Assembly (NCBI GenBank): GCA_038065375.1
Contig: JBBTRE010000021.1
Coordinates: 1 to 36,991, forward strand
Source: Patescibacteria group bacterium
GTDB taxonomy: Bacteria > Patescibacteriota > Minisyncoccia > UBA6257 > WO2-44-18
Reading direction: 5' to 3'
DNA length: 36,991 nucleotides
Shown: positions 30,771 to 36,991 of the stretch, piece after piece
How positions within the stretch are numbered: the stretch's first letter is position 1
Layout of the letters: the number at the start of each line of letters is the position of its first letter
Position numbers and translations under genes: made by a program
The notes under the pieces: generated by a model
What the model was told of the DNA's origin: nothing
The model's database searches: none
The model's input: the letters and a program-made list of their open reading frames with translations, nothing else

Positions 30771-31340
30771 ATGGGAGTATCTACTCCGGAACAGGTAGAG
30801 CATTTGATCGGGTTGGGATTCCATAAAGCCGCCGGATATAGCGAAGGAGGGTTTGATACTCACGCCGGCCGGCCGGAAAGCAAAGATGCTATTTTGGTAG
30901 TTTCTGAACTAATGGTCCCGATTGCTAAACAGTGCGAGCTTCTGGGGATCAATAATAAATTGGAACTTTACCAGTTAGCCACTCATCGGAACGTGGTACC
31001 GCTTCCCGAAAAATTCCTTTATTGGTGCTACGACATTGATGATGGACGGAGAATGAAAGGGTTTGCTCCGGAAGAGGCGATTCAAAAGCTCTCTGACGGC
31101 AAGCGGTTTCCCGCGCATACTTCTTTGGTGCTGGCGATTATCCGGTTGGATATTCAGATTATCAGCGGCAACCACCGCATTGATGTCGGCGGATCGCGGA
31201 TTGAGAAAGATCTGATCCCAGCCGTACTCTTGGCGAACGGACACCCCGATCATGAGCGGCCGACCCTGTCGTCCACTCGGCTATCTGAAAAGAAGGGATA
31301 TTCTACTTACGGCATGGCCTCCTATTCCAGGGTGAAATAA
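30771..31340 (+). CDS. Hypothetical protein (189 aa)
   Basis: ATG at 30771, 7 nt after GGAGAGAG. No motif recognised. Confidence 0.5.
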   Translation: MGVSTPEQVEHLIGLGFHKAAGYSEGGFDTHAGRPESKDAILVVSELMVPIAKQCELLGINNKLELYQLATHRNVVPLPEKFLYWCYDIDDGRRMKGFAPEEAIQKLSDGKRFPAHTSLVLAIIRLDIQIISGNHRIDVGGSRIEKDLIPAVLLANGHPDHERPTLSSTRLSEKKGYSTYGMASYSRVK

Positions 31341-31370
31341 AAAACCCTACATTTTTCAATGTAGGGTTTT
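31341..31370. terminator. Bidirectional terminator between convergent genes
   Basis: AAAACCCTACAT/ATGTAGGGTTTT with flanking A and T runs. Confidence 0.8.
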
Positions 31371-31375
31371 GTTGT

Positions 31376-32035
31376 TTAGCGATGCCGAGCCGCCTGCTGA
31401 TTTTCGTACTGCTTCTTTTCCTCCGGCGTCATCAAGTGTACTTCTGCCGAAGCAAAAGTCTTTTTAGACATTGAGTCCATCAGAGCGGAAGTCATGTCTC
31501 GGATATAGCGGAACACTTCGCGAACTGGATCCTTCAACAGCGTCCAGACCATACTCCAGGGCCAGCAGCACATCCACATCAGAATCAAGGCTTTATGCTG
31601 ACGGACCAGGGGTCGTCTCGCGCATCTGCAGTGCGAAGTGGTGTGACAAATATGGGCATTGGCCAACTTAGTTTCCCAACTGGCCTTTACATCCAGAGCG
31701 CTTTCATCTGCATGATCAAGTTGCTCAAAATCTTCTCGCAGCTCATCATACTTCATGCGCGCTTTCACTACCAACCACTTCCACTTGCCGATACCCCAGC
31801 CGGTGCCGGCCGCCACGTAAACCGGAATCGCCGCGAGGAACCAAACCCAGTGACTGGTGAAGAAATTCAGGACATCCGACCGTCCGGCCACCAGTACCAG
31901 ACCCACAGCGGCACCCATCGTCAACGTCGCGCCCCAGCCCTTCTCCATCTCAACGACGACGGTCATGATCACCCACAAGACGATCAACGCGATCCAGAAA
32001 CCAACGGCGCCGAACGCGAACAGCGAAAGCAGCAT
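31376..32035 (-). CDS. Membrane protein (219 aa) with a Cys/Trp-rich cytoplasmic part
   Basis: Three N-terminal TM helices. No family recognised. Confidence 0.55.
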   Translation of the reverse strand: MLLSLFAFGAVGFWIALIVLWVIMTVVVEMEKGWGATLTMGAAVGLVLVAGRSDVLNFFTSHWVWFLAAIPVYVAAGTGWGIGKWKWLVVKARMKYDELREDFEQLDHADESALDVKASWETKLANAHICHTTSHCRCARRPLVRQHKALILMWMCCWPWSMVWTLLKDPVREVFRYIRDMTSALMDSMSKKTFASAEVHLMTPEEKKQYENQQAARHR

Positions 32036-32102
32036 CTCACTTCTCCTTGTAAATAGGACTGCGGAGATAATAGCTTACTTAGGGAAACCTGTCAAGCGCA
32101 AC

Positions 32103-32131
32103 TTGAAAATTAGCCGCGAAACAGGTAAAAT
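32103..32131 (+). promoter_or_regulatory. Sigma70-like promoter of the second CAU tRNA
   Basis: TTGAAA, 17 nt spacer, TAAAAT. The -10 ends 10 nt before the tRNA. Confidence 0.55.
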
Positions 32132-32141
32132 AGCGATTATA

Positions 32142-32213
32142 GCCGACGTAGCTCAGTGGTAGAGCAGGGTTTTCATAAGACCAAGGTCGGAGGTTCGATC
32201 CCTCCCGTCGGCA
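32142..32213 (+). tRNA. tRNA with CAU anticodon (elongator Met or Ile2/lysidine type)
   Basis: Hand-folded: acceptor GCCGACG/CGTCGGC, D arm GCTC/GAGC, anticodon loop TTCATAA, T arm GGAGG-TTCGATC-CCTCC. The anticodon stem has a 27:43 G-A mismatch. No encoded CCA. Confidence 0.75.
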
Positions 32214-32218
32214 CTAAA

Positions 32219-32746
32219 ATGAATAAAATATTGCTTAACGGGAAGGAATTGAGTTTAACAGAATCCATTTTGCCCATGTTAGTCCACGGAGAAGACAAGT
32301 CCGGATCGTCCCTGTATACGATTAGCTTGGCCGCGAATTTTTATTCACAGGGTTCTAAATTACTTTTACTTTGTGGTTATACGCAAGCTCCGGAGGAATT
32401 TACAAAACAAGTCGGGAGCTTTGATAATTCAGTATCCTTCTTCGTGAAAGAGCGGGCTGAAGATTTTAAAAAGAAGTTGTCAAAAACTAATGATGAAATT
32501 GTGATTATCAAAAATATAGAGTTGCTCACGGAAGATATCTTTAACCTTGTAACCGGGGTTCAAAAGCTCATCATTTCGGGCGATATCAGCCGATGTTCTT
32601 TCAAGAAAAAAATTTTAGAGGAACCCTTCGCCACAAAAGTTTACTTTTCCGGACTTGAGAGTTCCGACATTCCTAAACTTGAAAAATATAGTGGATTTCT
32701 TAATTCCAAAAACCTACAAGGCATAACACGCCTGCAAATAAATTAA
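32219..32746 (+). CDS. Hypothetical protein (175 aa), visibly AT-rich gene
   Basis: First ATG falls 6 nt after the tRNA 3' end, with no SD. HGEDKSGSS may be a degenerate P-loop. The listed ORF start at 32156 is inside the tRNA. Confidence 0.5.
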   Translation: MNKILLNGKELSLTESILPMLVHGEDKSGSSLYTISLAANFYSQGSKLLLLCGYTQAPEEFTKQVGSFDNSVSFFVKERAEDFKKKLSKTNDEIVIIKNIELLTEDIFNLVTGVQKLIISGDISRCSFKKKILEEPFATKVYFSGLESSDIPKLEKYSGFLNSKNLQGITRLQIN

Positions 32747-32813
32747 TTCGGCTTCGCCGTCTTTAATTTGCATCGCCGACAACAAGGCGAGGGCGTGTTG
32801 CTTCTAAGGAACA

Positions 32814-32905
32814 TCTCGGAGGCGGTTGGGCTTGGCTCGTTCGTTGCCTTTCCGCGAACGAACAACCGCCGAGAGCGAAGCAGGCCGACCCGCAGGAGGT
32901 CGGCC
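32814..32905. other. GC-rich structured intergenic segment (long imperfect hairpin plus an 8-bp GC hairpin)
   Basis: A nested stem spans 32814-32874 (TCTC/GAGA, GGCGGTT/AACCGCC, GTTCGTT/AACGAAC). It is followed by GGCCGACC-cgcagga-GGTCGGCC at 32883-32905. Confidence 0.4.
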
Positions 32906-32938
32906 ATGCTGTTTCCGTGAAGCAATTCGCCTGAGCCC

Positions 32939-32967
32939 TTGACAAGCGCATTTCCCTCCTATATAAT
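32939..32967 (+). promoter_or_regulatory. Consensus sigma70 promoter upstream of tRNA-Leu and rnj
   Basis: Exact TTGACA, 17 nt spacer, exact TATAAT. Confidence 0.7.
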
Positions 32968-33062
32968 GTAACTAACGTTAATTTCTCCTTAGTTGTCAGG
33001 TTTAGCGCCGACGCAAAGAGGGCAATTGTACCTCAACTCTTTTACAGGAAATTAACAGCACC

Positions 33063-33145
33063 GCTCTCGTGGTGGAACGGCAGACACATACGCTTCAGGT
33101 GCGTACGCCCGCAAGGGCATGGAGGTTCGAATCCTCTCGAGAGCA
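33063..33145 (+). tRNA. tRNA-Leu (CAG), class II with a long variable arm
   Basis: Collinear with E. coli tRNA-Leu(CAG): acceptor GCTCTCG/CGAGAGC, anticodon arm TACGC-TTCAGGT-GCGTA, 15-nt variable arm, T-loop TTCGAAT. Confidence 0.85.
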
Positions 33146-33237
33146 CTTTGGGAAAAAAGCATGCCTATGGCAGCCAAGCTCTCAAAAGTCGAATACAAAA
33201 AATAATAAAAACTTAATAAAACATTATAAACGTCAGT

Positions 33238-35073
33238 ATGATAAAAGTTCCAATAATCCGACGCAGGAATCCGGTAGCCATGCCTACCGGCAGGCAGGCG
33301 CCAAGCGCTCCCCTAACCCCGCCGGCAGTCAGACCAGCTCCGGCTAATCACGGCGCGGCTCCGTTTAAATACGCCCGTCCGATAGCCGCGGTAGTCCAAA
33401 AAGTTGAAGGGCCGGATACTTTGCGGTTTGTTCCGTTGGGCGGCCTGGAAGAAATCGGCCGCAACTGCGCCTTCTTTGAATACAAAAATGAAATAGTCGT
33501 GGTTGATGTGGGTATCCAATTCCCCGAGGAAGAAACTCCGGGCGTGGACTACATTATTCCTAACGTTACTTACCTTGAACAAAGAAAGGCCAACGTTAAA
33601 GCCATCCTTCTAACTCATGGCCACTACGATCACATTCACGCGCTTCCCTATCTCTACGATAAGATGGGCAGTCCGACGATCTACACTGCGGCTTTCACGC
33701 GCCACTTGATTGAGCGCCGCTTCCAGGAATTCCCGAACGTCTCCAAACCGAAATTCATCGTCGTTAAAAATAACGATAAGATAAAAGTCTCGGAAAATTT
33801 CACCGTGGAATTTTTTGACATCTCGCACACGATTCCTGACGCTCTGGGTATCTGTATTGATACCCCGGCCGGCAAGATGGTCAATTTCGGCGACTTCCGC
33901 CTGGATACTAACCAGGCCGGGGAGCCGATTAATCTGGATATTTTTGAGCGCTTAGGGAAGATGAACATCCACACCGTTTTCCTGGACAGCACTAATTCCA
34001 TCCGGGAGGGATTTTCTTTATCAGAACAAAACATTGAGGAAAACCTGGAGAAACTATTTAAGAACGCCCAAGGCAGAATCATCGTCGGCACTTTTGCCTC
34101 TCTGATGACCCGCATCTCGGCGATCTTGAAGATTGCCGACCGCTTGGGCCGCAAGGTGGCTCTTAATGGACGCTCAATGAAAGATAACGTCCAGATCGCG
34201 ATGACTACCGGCTACATAAAGACCAGGAAAGATCAGATCATCCCGATTGAAGAAATAAATAAACACAAAGACGACAAGGTGATGATCATCACTACCGGCG
34301 CGCAGGGAGAGCCGAATGCCGGATTGATGAAAATTGTTACCGGAGAACACAAAACTGTCCGCTTAAAGGAAACCGACACGGTGATTTTCTCGTCTTCCGT
34401 GGTGCCGGGCAATGAACGGAGCGTTCAGGCGTTACAAGATAATGTCGCCCGTCAGGTGGATGAGATTTACAACTCCAAACTGCTGGACATTCACGCCAGC
34501 GGCCACGCCCACTCGGAAGACCTCAAGTTGGTTATCAAGATGGTGAAGCCGAAATTCGTCGTGCCGGTGCACGCCTACTACTTTATGAGAAAACACACCG
34601 CCAAGTTGGCGCAATCCGTCGGCATTCCGAAAGCAAATACAATCATGATGGATAACGGCCAGATTGCTTTGATTACCAAAGATTCCTTCACGGTTACCAA
34701 AGAGGAAGTGCCGGCCTTCTATGTAATGGTGGATGGCTTAGGCGTCGGCGACGTGGAAGAGGTGGTTCTGCGCGACCGCCGGATGCTTTCGCAGGAAGGT
34801 ATGGTCATCGTTATTTTGACGATGGACCGCCAGCACGGAAAAGTGCTGAAAAATCCCGACATTATCTCCCGTGGTTTCATCCTGCTGAAAGAAAATCAGG
34901 AGATGCTGAACGAAATCCGCCGGAAAATCCGCAGCATCGCCGAACGTGTTCCACATAACCAGAGCGTTGAAACCGATTACCTAAAAACCTTGATCCGCGA
35001 TCAAATCGGCCAGTTCTTGTATACTAAAACCAAGAGGCGGCCGATGATCATCCCGGTCATTATAGAAATCTAA
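33238..35073 (+). CDS. rnj: Ribonuclease J (metallo-beta-lactamase/beta-CASP)
   Basis: LTHGHYDH motif, FGDFRLD, HASGHA. About 55-aa Pro/Ala-rich N-terminal extension, so the exact start is uncertain. Confidence 0.9.
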   Translation: MIKVPIIRRRNPVAMPTGRQAPSAPLTPPAVRPAPANHGAAPFKYARPIAAVVQKVEGPDTLRFVPLGGLEEIGRNCAFFEYKNEIVVVDVGIQFPEEETPGVDYIIPNVTYLEQRKANVKAILLTHGHYDHIHALPYLYDKMGSPTIYTAAFTRHLIERRFQEFPNVSKPKFIVVKNNDKIKVSENFTVEFFDISHTIPDALGICIDTPAGKMVNFGDFRLDTNQAGEPINLDIFERLGKMNIHTVFLDSTNSIREGFSLSEQNIEENLEKLFKNAQGRIIVGTFASLMTRISAILKIADRLGRKVALNGRSMKDNVQIAMTTGYIKTRKDQIIPIEEINKHKDDKVMIITTGAQGEPNAGLMKIVTGEHKTVRLKETDTVIFSSSVVPGNERSVQALQDNVARQVDEIYNSKLLDIHASGHAHSEDLKLVIKMVKPKFVVPVHAYYFMRKHTAKLAQSVGIPKANTIMMDNGQIALITKDSFTVTKEEVPAFYVMVDGLGVGDVEEVVLRDRRMLSQEGMVIVILTMDRQHGKVLKNPDIISRGFILLKENQEMLNEIRRKIRSIAERVPHNQSVETDYLKTLIRDQIGQFLYTKTKRRPMIIPVIIEI

Positions 35074-35116
35074 GACAGCGACTAGGGATTAGGGTTTAGT
35101 GACTAGTTAAACTGCG

Positions 35117-36103
35117 ATGCAAAAACCAATTTTAGTTTCGGGAATCCAGCCATCCGGCCGGTTACATATCGGAAACTATTTGGGCGCCTTAAAAAATTTT
35201 GTTGACCTACAGAATTCCGGAAAATATGATTGCTACTTTTTCATCGCTGATTACCACTCCCTCACCGAGAACTTCAATCCGCAGGAAAAACAGGCCCAAG
35301 TCTTGAACTTGGCCGCCGATTATCTCGCCGCGGGACTGGATCCGAAAAAATCTAAGATCTTCATCCAATCCGCGGTTCCGCAAACTACGGAATTGGCGAG
35401 GATACTGGAAAGCATTTCTCCAATGGGCGAAATGAAACGAATGACCCAGTTCAAGGATAAATCCGAAACACAAAATGAAAACGTGAATGTCGGGTTGTTC
35501 ACCTACCCGATCCTGATGGCCGCGGATATTCTGCTCTATGACGCTCAATTTGTCCCAGTCGGGGAAGATCAACTTCAGCATTTAGAACTGGCCCGCACGC
35601 TGGCCAGAAAATTCAATAGCCGCTTCGGCCAGACTTTGTTTGAGCCGAAAGAAATCCTGACCGCCACTCCTCGTGTGATGAGCTTGGACGACCCCACCAA
35701 GAAAATGTCCAAATCCCGCCAGGGCGGCTGTCTTTTCATTGATGATGAACCGGAGGTGATCAAATCCAAAGTCCGCGGCGCGGTTACCGATTCGGAAAGC
35801 GTTGTGAAATACGACCCGAAACACAAAGCCGGGATTTCCAATATGCTGGAAATTATGAGCGGCCTATCCGGAAAATCTCTCGCCGAGGTTGAAGAAGGTT
35901 TTTCAAGTGTGAACTACGGTGAACTCAAGCATTCACTGGCTGATTATGTTGCCGACTATTTTGAAAAATTCCGCAAAAAAAAGACGGCGCTATTGAAGAA
36001 GCCGGCCGCGATAAAGTCCGTTCTTAAATCCGGGTCCGCTAAAGCCAGAAAGTCCGCCGAGAAAAAGATGGCGGAAGTTAAGAAAAAAATCGGATTAGCG
36101 TAA
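35117..36103 (+). CDS. trpS: Tryptophan--tRNA ligase
   Basis: SGIQPSGRLHIGNYLG (HIGH-class) and KMSKS motifs. 328 aa. Confidence 0.92.
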   Translation: MQKPILVSGIQPSGRLHIGNYLGALKNFVDLQNSGKYDCYFFIADYHSLTENFNPQEKQAQVLNLAADYLAAGLDPKKSKIFIQSAVPQTTELARILESISPMGEMKRMTQFKDKSETQNENVNVGLFTYPILMAADILLYDAQFVPVGEDQLQHLELARTLARKFNSRFGQTLFEPKEILTATPRVMSLDDPTKKMSKSRQGGCLFIDDEPEVIKSKVRGAVTDSESVVKYDPKHKAGISNMLEIMSGLSGKSLAEVEEGFSSVNYGELKHSLADYVADYFEKFRKKKTALLKKPAAIKSVLKSGSAKARKSAEKKMAEVKKKIGLA

Positions 36104-36109
36104 AAGAAA

Positions 36110-36144
36110 AAGCCCCTCGAGAATCTCGAGGGGCTTTCGTTTTG
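36110..36144. terminator. Bidirectional terminator between trpS and the convergent gene
   Basis: AAGCCCCTCGAG/CTCGAGGGGCTT (36110-36136) followed by TCGTTTTG. An A-run lies on the other side. Confidence 0.8.
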
Positions 36145-36148
36145 CTTA

Positions 36149-36991
36149 CTAGTCTGCCTCTTCCTCCGGCGCCGGAATCAGCACCGTGGGACGAACCGCG
36201 AAGTACGCTCCGATGTTCGCCATCGGGCGATCCAGCGGACAGATTCCGACGCCGACTCCAAATCCGGAATCCTGAAATCCAATGTAGACGCCGAATTCCT
36301 TCTGTACTCCCCCCTTTTTCTGGGGATCCTGGATCCGTGAGGTGAGTGATCCAGAAAGTCTCCGGCCGCTCACTAAGCTATAAGCCGCGACCTCCTTCTG
36401 GTCCCCGCGATCGAAAGTGAAAATCGAATCGCTGGTCAGAACGCCAACGTTCTTAAAAAGCTTTAAGCCAAGCACTTTATGGCAAACCGCCATAATGTAA
36501 GCGGTTTCCACCGCCCCCAGCCGCTCACAGGATGCGCCGAAAAGCTTGTCCTGATCGCTCTTCGCTTTGAAGAGCGTGTTCCGCCCGATCTCCTTGGGCA
36601 CCAAGTACCAGCGCGACGCCATCCTGCGATTAGTGAACCGATCCTGATCATAGAAGTGATCGCCCCGAACCGTCTTGGCGGTCTTCAAAAACGACTGTCT
36701 CACCCCGATGAAGTCCAACGTCGGCACCCCGGCGATCAGCAGGTGAGAGTCTCTCAGTCGCCAGATCAGCTCTTCGGGATATTGCACGAACTCCAGACCC
36801 TTCGTCTGGTCGGGCGTCGGCTCCAGACCGAACTTCTCCACCGCCATATCCAGACCGATGAAGTTCTTTCTCATGAAATTCCTTGCCTCGGACACGGGGG
36901 TCCAACCACCGCAGGCTTCCGCCAGCTTGATGGCTTCCTGCCGCGCCGCTTCATACTTGGCGCTCTCAATCTCCATCTCCTGATATTCAGC
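36149..36991 (-). CDS. Hypothetical protein, possibly 5'-truncated by the window edge
   Basis: ORF 36149-36976. The frame stays open to base 36991, and the ATG at 36976 has no properly spaced SD. Confidence 0.5.
   Translation of the reverse strand, partial: AEYQEMEIESAKYEAARQEAIKLAEACGGWTPVSEARNFMRKNFIGLDMAVEKFGLEPTPDQTKGLEFVQYPEELIWRLRDSHLLIAGVPTLDFIGVRQSFLKTAKTVRGDHFYDQDRFTNRRMASRWYLVPKEIGRNTLFKAKSDQDKLFGASCERLGAVETAYIMAVCHKVLGLKLFKNVGVLTSDSIFTFDRGDQKEVAAYSLVSGRRLSGSLTSRIQDPQKKGGVQKEFGVYIGFQDSGFGVGVGICPLDRPMANIGAYFAVRPTVLIPAPEEEAD

Noticed and set aside
30606-30863. 85-aa minus-strand ORF overlapping the initiator tRNA. The same issue affects ORF 33069-33347 over tRNA-Leu and the first 21 codons of ORF 32156-32746 over the CAU tRNA.
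   Set aside because: These ORFs read through tRNA genes. The tRNA cloverleaves are far better supported. For 32156-32746, only the part from the ATG at 32219 is kept.
32743-32951. Two overlapping 60-62-aa minus-strand ORFs in the GC-rich intergenic segment
   Set aside because: - They are Arg/Cys/Ala-rich, lie within nested hairpins, and have no SD.
- One would start inside the -35/-10 spacer of the consensus plus-strand promoter.

Overview
About 37 kb of a compact, gene-dense bacterial chromosome. By eye it is roughly 50-55% GC. It uses the standard code (TGA acts as a stop in ATGA overlaps), has many 1-17 nt gene overlaps, and has hairpin plus T-run terminators at most operon ends. The mix of a few core genes, many small orphan proteins and a short trigger factor suggests an uncultivated small-genome lineage (possibly Patescibacteria/CPR); this is inference only.

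Housekeeping content:
- rtcB (3' part).
- A nucleotide-salvage cluster: FCY1-type cytosine deaminase, metallophosphoesterase, tmk, dut.
- A threonine operon: thrA (AK-HSD), asd, a shikimate-kinase-family kinase, two unknowns, thrC. No recognisable thrB.
- tyrS, clpP, tig, H+-PPase, nusA, rmuC, a SIMPL protein, tpiA, rnj, trpS.
- Three tRNA genes: an initiator-like CAU, a second CAU, and Leu-CAG.

The stand-out is a self-contained four-gene minus-strand operon at 27170-30493. It has its own TTGACT-17-TAAGAT promoter and a strong terminator. In order it encodes:
- a 455-aa protein whose core has the canonical E2 active-site spacing (H-x9-C, LPHIWGDWPHNFCLG);
- a JAB/MPN+ metalloprotease with an intact JAMM motif (E...HSHx7SGTD);
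- a minimal 235-aa ThiF/E1-like adenylating enzyme;
- an 80-aa beta-grasp-like protein that ends exactly on Gly.
I read this as a ubiquitin-like conjugation/deconjugation cassette sitting next to a tRNA gene. It has no E3, ParB, sulfur-transfer or biosynthetic partner in the window.

Other points worth a second look:
- a roughly 160-nt element closed by a 29-position helix (structured RNA or MITE) at 23459-23618;
- two large palindromes in a divergent promoter region;
- tandem orphan paralog pairs;
- tandem zincin-like lipoproteins;
- a tRNA-bracketed, partly AT-rich segment with an ORF starting 6 nt after a tRNA.

All calls come from reading the sequence and ORF translations. No searches, folding or statistics were run.
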